Shown in pieces: positions 37,088 to 46,871 of a stretch of 64,000 nt of DNA; the first letter of the stretch is position 1; each line of letters begins with the position of its first letter. The position numbers and the translations under genes were made by a program. Source of the DNA: a virus. The notes beneath the pieces are model-generated. The model was given only the letters and a program-made list of their open reading frames with translations. It was not told the origin of the DNA and searched no databases. The DNA is taken from positions 1 to 64,000 of IMG/VR virus record IMGVR_UViG_3300017917_004642. One strand, 5' to 3'.

Positions 37088-38590
37088 ATGGCAGCAGAGG
37101 ATATTGTCATACAAAACATTGCCAGAACCAGCATCCAAATAGATGAACTCGTAGTTCCAAATAGAACTGGAGGTCCAAACGCTGGTTTAGATGACGCACT
37201 TATGGACGCCGATGATAAATCATTCGGTGGTTATAGACCTGTAGTTTTCATCAACGGGTATTATGTTGAAAAATACCTTGAATTCTTTGAACTTGACATG
37301 ACTGGATTTTTGCCTGTTATAAGATTTAAATTCACAATGGGAAATCCACTTTTTATAAGTGTTAACTATCCAACTGATGGTGACATAGTGTCTGTGTATT
37401 TTAGATCCTGGGTAAGCGTTTATAGACCATTAAGAATGGATTTTAATGTTCTAAGCGTGAGATCTTCTCCATCCGAGAACTCTGAGGGGACAGGTCTTAC
37501 TTTCACCATATTAGGCGAGACTAGAATTCCTGGTTTATATAATGAGGTTTCGAAAGCATTTAGAACAAGAACATCGTACGATACACTCTTTGACATCTCT
37601 CAGGATTTAGATCTTGGGTTTTCGACAAACGAAGCCGAGGTTGTTGATACTATGACCTGGATCTGTCCAAATTTATCCTATTATGATTTCATCAAGGAGG
37701 TTGTGAGCAGATCTTATAAAGATGATAGAAGCTTCTTCACATCCTTTATCGACGGGTACTACAATCTAAATTTCGTAAATCTGAACAATCAGCTAAGTAC
37801 TAATGATGTAGCACAGACATGCAAAGTAATTAGAGGCTTAAGAACAGGAACTGCTGATGATACTGCATTTGCTAAAACCGAATTAAGCGAAGTAGAAGTT
37901 GGCTTGCTACTGACCAATGAAAAAGGAGCGGCAGATTTACCATTCTATATTTCTGGTTATACGTTGCTTTCAAAAGCTGGAAACGTGACAAATCACAGAG
38001 GCTATGTCCAAGAAGTACAATTTTGGGATGAAGGATTGGTAACAGACAATCCACTTGAAAGATACATTTCTTATTCCGTTGAATCCATAACAACCGAGAA
38101 CGTTGGTGAAAATATGATTCTCCAAAAAGGAAGAGCAAAGGAAAATGAATATCTAAAAGAGTACAGAAAAAACTGGTATGGTGTACTAAATAATTACGCC
38201 GATGGTGGAGTGCACGAAAATTTTATTCAAGCCCTAATTCAAAACGAATTCAACAACGACGATCTTCACAAGTTTACTCTCCAAGTTGAGACTAATTCCT
38301 ATTTTGGTGGATTCTACAGAGGTCAAGTTATTCCTGTTGCAATATACGTGAATGAACAGGGAATAAGAAAGCAAAACGCTGGAGCAAACAACAACCAAAA
38401 TCCAGAGCAAAGTATTAATCCTGTATTGGATCGTTTTCTTTCTGGAATCTATGTAATTACCGGAATGCAGGTAAACTACGACAGGTATAAAGGAATCTAT
38501 ATGGTATTAAATCTCAATAAAAGAGAATGGACACTTAACAGTGCTGGTCAATTCCCGAAAGCATTCCCTCTAAATCTTGTAACCGGATAA
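37088..38590 (+). CDS. Probable baseplate hub protein (gp27-like)
   Basis: Located between gp53-like and gp5-like genes; C-terminal DRFLSGIYVITG pattern typical of hubs. Confidence 0.5.
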   Translation: MAAEDIVIQNIARTSIQIDELVVPNRTGGPNAGLDDALMDADDKSFGGYRPVVFINGYYVEKYLEFFELDMTGFLPVIRFKFTMGNPLFISVNYPTDGDIVSVYFRSWVSVYRPLRMDFNVLSVRSSPSENSEGTGLTFTILGETRIPGLYNEVSKAFRTRTSYDTLFDISQDLDLGFSTNEAEVVDTMTWICPNLSYYDFIKEVVSRSYKDDRSFFTSFIDGYYNLNFVNLNNQLSTNDVAQTCKVIRGLRTGTADDTAFAKTELSEVEVGLLLTNEKGAADLPFYISGYTLLSKAGNVTNHRGYVQEVQFWDEGLVTDNPLERYISYSVESITTENVGENMILQKGRAKENEYLKEYRKNWYGVLNNYADGGVHENFIQALIQNEFNNDDLHKFTLQVETNSYFGGFYRGQVIPVAIYVNEQGIRKQNAGANNNQNPEQSINPVLDRFLSGIYVITGMQVNYDRYKGIYMVLNLNKREWTLNSAGQFPKAFPLNLVTG

Positions 38591-38613
38591 ATAATAAAAA
38601 GAAAAACACTTAG

Positions 38614-40932
38614 ATGGGAATTCAGGCAACAGATAAAAATCGTACTCTCTTTCTCAAGGGGTTTAAACTTTCAGACCAGGGTAAGAACGAAGATCCAACA
38701 TATCTTGGATTTAAATTCGTTTTTGACTTTGGTGCTTTGCCCGTTGATCCTGAATTTGGCTGGGCACCTAGTCCATTGTTAAGAGTGAATAATTACACTC
38801 CCGGAAACGGTGCAGGAATTGCATCTGGACTGCAGAATCCGTTTGGCCAGCCTGCTTATAATTTAGGTGGGCCTATTTATTATTCTGCATACAATTACCT
38901 TCTACAAAGAGAAGGTGCTTTTGCTGGTACATCCAACCAAATTAAAAGAGCACAAGCACTTAGACAATTTCAGGTTTTATTGAATGACATTAACACAAAT
39001 TCACCTTGGTTTTTCCAATCTGTTGAAGGTCTTAATGAATTGGAAAAAGTTAAAATATCTGGGTTTCAAACAGAAGGCGAGGTGGACGATTTCAATCCTC
39101 AGAGAACGTCAGGAAAGGTTCTAACGATAAACTGTTTGGAATCTATAAATTTAAGGATTTCCGCTTTAGCTAACCTTTACAATCAGGCAGTTTTCGATGC
39201 AGATAATATGAGATGGCTGGTTCCCAGGAACATGCGAAAATTTACTATGTGGATTTTCGTCACCGAGATTAGAAATTTCTATAAAACTTCAAGACTTACC
39301 GGTTCTTCTACAGTCCTAGCTGCATTAGATAATCTTTCGTCTACACTAACAACGAACCGAAATCCGGGTTCGAATATCCAGGTAAATGACACTGGCCAAT
39401 ATTCTGTTGATGGTTATAATCTTTCAGATCCTGTTGAAAATATGTCAGGAAATCCTGGTAACTCTTTTTCAAGCTTTGTTTCTAATGCGTTCAGTCAGTC
39501 TGGTGTTCAAAGTGACGCTCAAGCTTTTAGAAACCAATCGGATCAGAGTGGAATTAAGCCTGTCTTGATTTACGAATGCCAGCAGTGCGAATTTGATTTC
39601 AGCGAAAGCACACCTTTGAAATCCTCTGTCGATATGGGTTCAAGCACTGCTGATCCAGAAAACCAAAGCTTTAAGATTCACGTCGGAAAGGTTAGGATGA
39701 AAAATCAATACCCGAACATTAGGGTCGATAAGAAGCCATTAATTCTAGCAGATGGAACTTATCAGGATAGAACTTCTGTTTATGTCTATGACGATTCGTT
39801 AAGTATCGAGAGGTTGGCATCATTGGGAAATGAGCTTATTTCCAATTTTACCACAGCAGCTATTAACGACCTAGTAAATGAAGGAGTCAATCAATTTGTT
39901 AATCCTCTACTAAGCGGTGTAAACCAATCCCTTCTTGGCAACATATATTCATTCAACCCATCACAGCTTGGAAGGCTTACAAATCAGAATGGAAATTTTG
40001 CTTTTAATAATGCGCAGAATTTTTTAAATGGTGCTGCAGAAACTGGGATAGATAACATTTTCAAAGGCAACCTACCAAACCCACAAACTATGGGACTTGG
40101 AGGTCCGCAAGAAAGAGCATATCCACCAATAAATCCTCCACAGGACGTTTACCCAAATGTACCTGGGACAGATCAGGGTGTTCCAGATAGAGTATACCCA
40201 GCCCCAGTAGGAGACGCTTATCCAAATGTACCCGGACCTGATCTTGGAGTACCTGATAGAGTTTATCCTCCTTCTCAGGGAGATGCTTATCCAGATGTTC
40301 CTGGGTTTGATCTTGGAGTACCTGATAGAGTATATCCTGCACCCGGCGGTGATGTTTACGATAGAGTACCTGGACCTGATCTTGGAGTACCTGATAGAGT
40401 TTACGTAGCTCCGGGTGGAGATGCTTATCCAGATGTACCCGGTTCTGATCTGGGAGTACCAGATAGAGCATACCCAGCACCCGGCGGGGATGCGTATCCA
40501 AATGTACCTGGACCTGATCTTGGAGTACCAGATAGAAATTACACTACACCACCTTTGGGTGATGCATACGGGACTGTCCCTGGATCGGATCTAGGTGTTC
40601 CTGCCAGAAAATATCCACAGTTTAATGAGGATGTATACACAAACACTTTTACACCAGATTCTTTAAATCCTGAAGTTGTCTATCCTCCTTCAGAGTTATT
40701 GAACATAGGTGGTGAATTAAGATCCCCTGAAAATTCATTCTCTTCCCCTCCTAGTGCGGTATATCAGTCAGAAGCATTCGCGTATCAAAGGGGTGATATA
40801 GGAAAAGTGTACCCACCGACACTTGGTGATTTTATAATAGAACCTCCATTAAATCTTGGTAATTCTAAGCCATCTAATAAATTCAACCCAAGTCTTGGTA
40901 CATTCAACCCAGACACTTCTGAAGAACAATAA
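38614..40932 (+). CDS. Structural (tail-tube/baseplate) protein with Pro-rich C-terminal repeats
   Basis: Baseplate context; GATAAATA at 38586; 23-aa repeats. Confidence 0.55.
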   Translation: MGIQATDKNRTLFLKGFKLSDQGKNEDPTYLGFKFVFDFGALPVDPEFGWAPSPLLRVNNYTPGNGAGIASGLQNPFGQPAYNLGGPIYYSAYNYLLQREGAFAGTSNQIKRAQALRQFQVLLNDINTNSPWFFQSVEGLNELEKVKISGFQTEGEVDDFNPQRTSGKVLTINCLESINLRISALANLYNQAVFDADNMRWLVPRNMRKFTMWIFVTEIRNFYKTSRLTGSSTVLAALDNLSSTLTTNRNPGSNIQVNDTGQYSVDGYNLSDPVENMSGNPGNSFSSFVSNAFSQSGVQSDAQAFRNQSDQSGIKPVLIYECQQCEFDFSESTPLKSSVDMGSSTADPENQSFKIHVGKVRMKNQYPNIRVDKKPLILADGTYQDRTSVYVYDDSLSIERLASLGNELISNFTTAAINDLVNEGVNQFVNPLLSGVNQSLLGNIYSFNPSQLGRLTNQNGNFAFNNAQNFLNGAAETGIDNIFKGNLPNPQTMGLGGPQERAYPPINPPQDVYPNVPGTDQGVPDRVYPAPVGDAYPNVPGPDLGVPDRVYPPSQGDAYPDVPGFDLGVPDRVYPAPGGDVYDRVPGPDLGVPDRVYVAPGGDAYPDVPGSDLGVPDRAYPAPGGDAYPNVPGPDLGVPDRNYTTPPLGDAYGTVPGSDLGVPARKYPQFNEDVYTNTFTPDSLNPEVVYPPSELLNIGGELRSPENSFSSPPSAVYQSEAFAYQRGDIGKVYPPTLGDFIIEPPLNLGNSKPSNKFNPSLGTFNPDTSEEQ
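40144..40617 (+). repeat. 7 tandem ~69-nt (23-aa) coding repeats, DAYPxVPGxDLGVPDRVYPAPGG
   Basis: gatcttggagtacctgatagagt recurs at 69-nt spacing. Confidence 0.95.
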
Positions 40933-40934
40933 CT

Positions 40935-41603
40935 ATGTCATCACCACGATTATACCTTGGAGAAATTGTTGATATTAACGACCCTAGAAAAGAAGGCAGG
41001 GCTCGTGTAAAAGTATTTGGCCTTTTTGATAACATCGAAGTTCAAGATACCCCTTGGGCAGATCAGATTAGCGGTCTGTCTTTTGGTAAAAATGGAAGTG
41101 GTGGAATAACAATACCTAGACTAGGGGCTGTTGTTGCAGTTGAATTTGACGGGCAGAATTACTACAAGATGTCGTACCATTACGAAAAGGAAAGTGCTCC
41201 CGATCTTCTTGCAGAGATTGCAGATTCGTATGAAGGAGCACAATCTATTTGGTATGATGGTGATGCTCTACCCGGACCACTTAAACTGTTTTACACCAGA
41301 AAAAAGGGAGCGGTATTCTCTTTAGGCGACGCAAAAATACAGCTTGATACACAAGACGGCGGACAACTAAGAGTTGTAATTGAAATGGGCCAGGATCAGA
41401 TTAGAATGGAAAATAACAAGGTTATAATCAATTCTAATAACATTGAGCTTGGTGAGAATGCAATTCAATCTGTAATCAAAGGAAATCTCTTCCAAACATA
41501 CTTTAATAGTCATACACACATTGGGAATCTTGGAGCTCCAACAAGTCCACCAGTAATACCATCGGATCCTTCGCATTTGTCTAATGTTTCTAAAACTCTT
41601 TAA
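40935..41603 (+). CDS. Baseplate central spike (gp5/gpV-like OB-fold, no lysozyme domain)
   Basis: GEIVDINDPRKEGRARVKVFG..PWA..IPRLGAVVAVEF; C-terminal HTH metal-binding tip. Confidence 0.85.
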   Translation: MSSPRLYLGEIVDINDPRKEGRARVKVFGLFDNIEVQDTPWADQISGLSFGKNGSGGITIPRLGAVVAVEFDGQNYYKMSYHYEKESAPDLLAEIADSYEGAQSIWYDGDALPGPLKLFYTRKKGAVFSLGDAKIQLDTQDGGQLRVVIEMGQDQIRMENNKVIINSNNIELGENAIQSVIKGNLFQTYFNSHTHIGNLGAPTSPPVIPSDPSHLSNVSKTL

Positions 41604-41606
41604 TCC

Positions 41607-44270
41607 ATGGCAATTCTTCCTGATAAAATTTTATCTGATTCTGAGATAAATTCTTTCATTGAGAGGGTAAACGCAACTGCTGATGAGATAGTCGGTGACA
41701 GCAAATTTCAGATTACCAATTCAAGCTTGCCTGGACTAGGTCTTCTGGTCAAACTACAGATCCGTGCTTTTGAAAAGTCTATTGCTTCATCTTTTGCACC
41801 AATTTTTATTGGCGCTAAGATTATTAATGATGCTAAAGAAAGTCCGGCCAGATTTTTTTCGATCGTTAACGAAGGAATAGATTCAGTCAACACACTGTTT
41901 AAGAACCCGATCCAATTCATTCTGGATGAAGGGATAAACAATTCGCTAAAAGAATTCCCATTCCCGATAGCTATTCTCTTCAACGGACAAACTAAAGATA
42001 CCAATAGACTAAAACAGCTAATTGATTCTTCACAGCCAAGTCAAGGATCATCTCAACTGCAGGAATATAATTACAATCTTGTATTAAATAATGCTTTGCC
42101 ACCTGGTCCAGGTGAAGCTGTCTCTACAGCTACTACAGTAAACTCAATTAAAAGCATCTCAGTTAACTACCAAACAAAAACAACCGGAGAAAAAGCACCA
42201 GTACAGTTTCTTGCAGAAGGTGACACTTTTTCTGTCTCTGACGGTCTTATTACAGCAACATACAGTGTATCTTCAGTTAAACCAGACAACGAATTTGCTG
42301 TAGTGTTTCTTCAACTCGTAGCATCGGATTCGCCGAGTGCGGGAGACAATAAAACAGTAGCAATCCCTGGTTTTAGACAATCTGGAATTTCCCTGTCGAA
42401 GAACGTCTCGTTAAGAGAATTTCTTTTACCTGACGGTAGACTCATTATACCTTTTAGTGTTCTTGGTATCGATTTACCACTACTTTCAAACGTTGGTTTT
42501 GAAATTGGAAATTTTTCAAACCTAAAAGAAGGTAGCCCAACCAAAGATTTTGTCGTCCAGCTAGAAGCAAGAAGCGGTTTAAAGTTCAACCAGGTTTTTT
42601 CTTCTATGATAGATGGGATTTTCCCTCAGATCGATTGGGTTTCTTTAACTAATGAAAAATCCGGTTTAGACAGCAAGGCAAAAGAAACCTCTAAGGAGGA
42701 GCTAGTTTCGTTGGCTAGACTTTTACAGATTGGGACTGACAATCCGTTTTTTCTTATTAAAGTCTTACTCAATTACATTAAGCTTTTACTACTTCCTTTA
42801 CAACTAGTGCTTGGAGTTTTCCAGTCTTTTGCTAGCCTGATTACAAGCCCAGCAAAATTAATCCAGACGGTTTTTCTGTTTATCACAGATCCTCTAAAAG
42901 CATTGTGCAATTTAATTTCTGAATCTTTTTTAACCTTTCTCCGTCCTTATCTTGAGCCGGTTGTATCTGCGGTGATGCCTTACAGTGAAGCACTACAAGA
43001 TCCGGATGATAAAAGCAGGGGTCTAAAACCTTTATTCTCTGATCTGGTCTGCGGTAAATTCTCTGGTAAATTAAAAAACTATGTTCCCAATGCCAATTTC
43101 TTTGCAACACAAAGAAATAGTTCGGAACCATCTACAACAAATCTAAATCCGCCTGTCCAACTGCCATTTACTCTCAGCGAGAATAAACAAATACCAGAAC
43201 CCGGCGAAATAGTCACAAATTCTAAAAATCCATCCTCTGTAACTAATTTGAGAATCAGCACGGTTACTAATACTGTTGAAGATGGAATAGCTTACCTAGC
43301 ATCTATTCAAACAGGCTCTGTTATTAGCTTATCTGTTTCTAACAAATATCAAACTTATCTAGTTACATCAAAAACTTTGCAGCAAAATAACGGACAAAGC
43401 TATTTCGAGTATCTAGTTCAACCCACTACACAATCCATAAGAAGAGGACAAAGTGGTGCACAAACACAATCTTTCTCTGATGGACTATTAGCTTCTTTAA
43501 GTGTAGATAATCCAAATAAAGCATTCCTATTCATTGTCGAGAACTACCTTCCAATAAAATTGATAGGAAGCTGGGAATCTATTAAAGGAATACTAGCAAT
43601 TACTATCTCTTTAGCAGCAGAGATTCCTTCTTTAGTTCCGGCAATTTTCAGAAGCATTTTTGCAATAGATCAGCAAACTAATCCAACCTCTCCTGCAAAC
43701 GAATCAGCAACAGACTTGCTTCTTTTGCTTGCTAACGGTGAAGACTCTTTACTTCGGGGATTGGTTGGGAATAACAGCGAACAGTATGACGAAATTGTAA
43801 GATCTATTATCGGTAACACAAATGATGTGTCAAGCTCTGGAATAGAAACCATATTTTCTAACCTATCTGATTTTCGCCAACCACAATCTCAAAGCACGAT
43901 AATCTATAGAAACGACGTGAGCTCAGACGTCAGATCCGATTTTAGGTATAATGAAATTAGTCTATCTGAATTGGGTCAGAATATAAAGGGATTACTTCAG
44001 ATCTATTATTCGATTAGAGATGAGAAAAATGCTGGAGGTTTAAACTACGTTAATAAAGATCGACCCGTTGGTAAGATATATGGTGTAAAATCCGGTACTG
44101 TTGAAATCCTTTATGATGGCGGAATTTACGATGCTTTCGAAAAATTCAAACTCACGAATTCTAATCCAACTACTCTTCTTAAAACCGTTCAGGTTAAATC
44201 GCTGAGAGAAACCATCGTTAACAATCTAAATTATGCTGCAATTTATCTAGTTCCAGCTCTAGAAAATTAG
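41607..44270 (+). CDS. Large hypothetical structural protein with an internal duplication
   Basis: Follows the spike gene; hydrophobic helical blocks alternate with two PxPGE beta-rich modules. Confidence 0.65.
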   Translation: MAILPDKILSDSEINSFIERVNATADEIVGDSKFQITNSSLPGLGLLVKLQIRAFEKSIASSFAPIFIGAKIINDAKESPARFFSIVNEGIDSVNTLFKNPIQFILDEGINNSLKEFPFPIAILFNGQTKDTNRLKQLIDSSQPSQGSSQLQEYNYNLVLNNALPPGPGEAVSTATTVNSIKSISVNYQTKTTGEKAPVQFLAEGDTFSVSDGLITATYSVSSVKPDNEFAVVFLQLVASDSPSAGDNKTVAIPGFRQSGISLSKNVSLREFLLPDGRLIIPFSVLGIDLPLLSNVGFEIGNFSNLKEGSPTKDFVVQLEARSGLKFNQVFSSMIDGIFPQIDWVSLTNEKSGLDSKAKETSKEELVSLARLLQIGTDNPFFLIKVLLNYIKLLLLPLQLVLGVFQSFASLITSPAKLIQTVFLFITDPLKALCNLISESFLTFLRPYLEPVVSAVMPYSEALQDPDDKSRGLKPLFSDLVCGKFSGKLKNYVPNANFFATQRNSSEPSTTNLNPPVQLPFTLSENKQIPEPGEIVTNSKNPSSVTNLRISTVTNTVEDGIAYLASIQTGSVISLSVSNKYQTYLVTSKTLQQNNGQSYFEYLVQPTTQSIRRGQSGAQTQSFSDGLLASLSVDNPNKAFLFIVENYLPIKLIGSWESIKGILAITISLAAEIPSLVPAIFRSIFAIDQQTNPTSPANESATDLLLLLANGEDSLLRGLVGNNSEQYDEIVRSIIGNTNDVSSSGIETIFSNLSDFRQPQSQSTIIYRNDVSSDVRSDFRYNEISLSELGQNIKGLLQIYYSIRDEKNAGGLNYVNKDRPVGKIYGVKSGTVEILYDGGIYDAFEKFKLTNSNPTTLLKTVQVKSLRETIVNNLNYAAIYLVPALEN

Positions 44271-44273
44271 TTT

Positions 44274-44281
44274 GATATATA
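44274..44281 (+). promoter_or_regulatory. Putative late promoter GATATATA
   Basis: Intergenic, before the S1-like gene. Confidence 0.6.
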
Positions 44282-44312
44282 GCAGGACTAACTTTCTTAA
44301 ACAAAAATATTA

Positions 44313-45473
44313 ATGAACACCTTTCAAGAAGAAAACTCAATTAGCGGAGTATTTAACTGGGATATACCCAGTACGCTAACTGTGAACAAAAAAATTAAAA
44401 CTAGCGATAAATCTAAAGTTTATTGTCACGATGACTATGCTGAAAATCTATATCAGCAAATCCTGGGCAATATCAAAGATGTACAGTCTTCTAAAGACCT
44501 AGTTCAAGGAGAGCTTTACAGTTGCAAGATTATCTCAATTAACGAACAATATGCATTGGCACAAACCGATGCTGGACAAACTGTTTACATTGATCTTAAA
44601 AAAGAATACAAAGATGCAAATCGTTTGGGAATCACCGCAATGGATTTTGTTATTGGTGGTAAGATTGAGGCATTAGTTAGAAATTCTACAGGTACCTATT
44701 ATGGTTCTGTAATTGAATGTTACATCCAGAATCTTAAATCTGAATTCTTTGAACAGATTAAAAAAGAATCTTCTGCATACGAAGCTGTTGTTGAGTCGGT
44801 AAACAAGGGTGGATATATGGTGGACGTACAGGGAATCAAATGCTTCTTACCAGGATCACTTGCTGCCGCTAACAAGATTACTGATTTTGATGCTTTCATC
44901 GGCAAAAAATTCTATGTTATGATTGACGGTTATGTACCTGCCAAAGACATTTTCGTTGTTTCTTATAAAAAGTACTTAACCAGGATCATGGACCAAAAGA
45001 TCCAAGAGCTTGACCTAACTAAAAAATACAAAGGTCACGTAACTGGAACATCTAACTTTGGTGTATTTGTAGAATGGGAAGACATCTACACTGGCTTGAT
45101 CCACAAGACTGAATTTGAAAATCAAGTTGTTTCTGGTTTCTATCCTGGTGACGAGATTGAATTCTACATCAAAGAAGTTAAAGAAGACAATAGATTGACC
45201 CTGACGTTCGGTCAGCCAGTCGAAAAAACCATGAGACTTTACGATCTGAAGAAACTAGCAGATGAGGGAAAGGGTCTGGAGGTTTATGCTTCTATTAAGC
45301 ACAAGAGAAAAAATGGAGCTCTAGTTGAACTCATCGGTGAGAACCTGATGGCTTTAATTCCTCAGGAGAAACTAGAAAAGAGCAACAAAAACATTAAAAC
45401 TGGCGATTCCCTGCTTGTTAAAATCTACCAGGTGGATCCAGTTTTAGGAAAAATATTTGCAAGACCAGTATAA
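44313..45473 (+). CDS. rpsA: Ribosomal protein S1-like multi-S1-domain protein
   Basis: About 4 S1/OB domains: VESVNKGGYMVDVQGIKCFLPGS, GHVTGTSNFGVFVE...GLIHKTE, GALVEL...ALIP. Confidence 0.8.
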   Translation: MNTFQEENSISGVFNWDIPSTLTVNKKIKTSDKSKVYCHDDYAENLYQQILGNIKDVQSSKDLVQGELYSCKIISINEQYALAQTDAGQTVYIDLKKEYKDANRLGITAMDFVIGGKIEALVRNSTGTYYGSVIECYIQNLKSEFFEQIKKESSAYEAVVESVNKGGYMVDVQGIKCFLPGSLAAANKITDFDAFIGKKFYVMIDGYVPAKDIFVVSYKKYLTRIMDQKIQELDLTKKYKGHVTGTSNFGVFVEWEDIYTGLIHKTEFENQVVSGFYPGDEIEFYIKEVKEDNRLTLTFGQPVEKTMRLYDLKKLADEGKGLEVYASIKHKRKNGALVELIGENLMALIPQEKLEKSNKNIKTGDSLLVKIYQVDPVLGKIFARPV

Positions 45474-46870
45474 TGTCCAACCAGTCACATTTCGACAAAG
45501 CTCATGCACTCGCTTCCTCTGTTATAGGATTTGAGTTTGAATTCTTCTCTGATATGGTCAGAGGCAGAATTATTGAGTCTTTGTCGAAATTGCTGGGTAA
45601 GAAAATTGTACTTTCTTCTAAATATCATTCCAAAATTCCAGTAAGCGCTTCTACGTTTAAACTCGAACCTGATTACTCAGGCGGAAGTAAAATGAATGAA
45701 TTGATTACCGGCCCCATGCCTTATGCTGAGGCTATTCCTGTACTGATTAAAGTCCTTAATTGGATAGATGAAAATGGCTGGACCAATGACAAGTGTGCCT
45801 TCCAATTTTCAATAAGCTTCGATAACAGAGATCGAAAATTGGACAAGATGGAAAGACTTGATAGACTCAAGTTTATTCTTGGTATTGATGAAAATGTAAT
45901 CTATTCAAACTTCGGAAACCGAACTAACAACGTTTACGCTAAGTCAATAAAAAGAATAGTACCACAGAATAGATTTTCTATCTTAGAAAATGTAACTAGC
46001 ATAGATCCGAAATTATTTAAATTGCCGGACGACAAATACTTTGGTGCTAATTTTACAAAACTCCCACAGGGCTATATCGAAATAAGATATCTTGGAGGAA
46101 AAGACTATCAAAAGAAAGTTGGTGCAATTAGGGATGTTATTAATTACGTTGTACTATTTCTACATGATATACTTTCTGGCAAAAAGCCTTATGACAAAAA
46201 TGATCTTGATCGTCTTAGAGAGATGATGAGAGAACACACTAAGGTTGTTAGAAGCTTCTCTGATCCAGATTCTTTCTTCATGAATTTCCCGGATTTTCAC
46301 GTTCTTGTTGATTTGAAGGGTTATGAGGAGAACATTAAAACATATTGGTCTCACATCAGAGAAAAAATATTTGATCTTATCGTAGAAGGAGGTGTAAAAT
46401 CTTGCTTCTTTAACTATGATACAGCTGTTGGCAGATTTCAGATTAAAGATGCAAAAAGCAAGGATGCAATCTTTATCAAAGATGTTGACATACTAGATTC
46501 AAGAATAAAAAATGGAAAGATCTACAACTGCAGATTGTATGGCTGTGAGGTTAAAAATTCGGAAGTTTATGAATCACAATTGATCAACGGAAACAAAGTC
46601 GTTGATTCTAAATTCCAATCATCTTCTGCAGATTATGGAAATGCTCTAGAAAATTGTTATATCGATTCACCTGGAAAGAAAATTGACTGTGACGTTAAAG
46701 GTGGAGTTATACGTAAGGCAGATCTTGGGCGAAATGCAGAGGTTAGCAAAGAAACTGAAAAGGTTAATGACTTTAACGAGCTAAGACTAACAAGATTTAT
46801 CACAGATTCAAGACTTAAGGATTTGAACGATCCTGCAAGAAAAATCAATTTCAAAAATTCTAATTACTAA
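45473..46870 (+). CDS. Putative amidoligase (COOH-NH2 ligase type 2-like) with a C-terminal beta-helix-like region
   Basis: IGFEFEF, LEPDYS, ELITGPM, TNDKC, KYFGANF, IEIRYLGG. Confidence 0.65.
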   Translation: MSNQSHFDKAHALASSVIGFEFEFFSDMVRGRIIESLSKLLGKKIVLSSKYHSKIPVSASTFKLEPDYSGGSKMNELITGPMPYAEAIPVLIKVLNWIDENGWTNDKCAFQFSISFDNRDRKLDKMERLDRLKFILGIDENVIYSNFGNRTNNVYAKSIKRIVPQNRFSILENVTSIDPKLFKLPDDKYFGANFTKLPQGYIEIRYLGGKDYQKKVGAIRDVINYVVLFLHDILSGKKPYDKNDLDRLREMMREHTKVVRSFSDPDSFFMNFPDFHVLVDLKGYEENIKTYWSHIREKIFDLIVEGGVKSCFFNYDTAVGRFQIKDAKSKDAIFIKDVDILDSRIKNGKIYNCRLYGCEVKNSEVYESQLINGNKVVDSKFQSSSADYGNALENCYIDSPGKKIDCDVKGGVIRKADLGRNAEVSKETEKVNDFNELRLTRFITDSRLKDLNDPARKINFKNSNY

Positions 46871-46871
46871 G

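Noticed and set aside
40088-40501. 137-aa minus-strand repetitive ORF
   Set aside because: Antisense shadow of the plus-strand repeats.
40144-40617. Regularly spaced repeats resembling a CRISPR array
   Set aside because: The period is a multiple of 3, variation is mostly at codon level, there are no unique spacers, the repeats lie inside a long ORF, and no cas genes are present.
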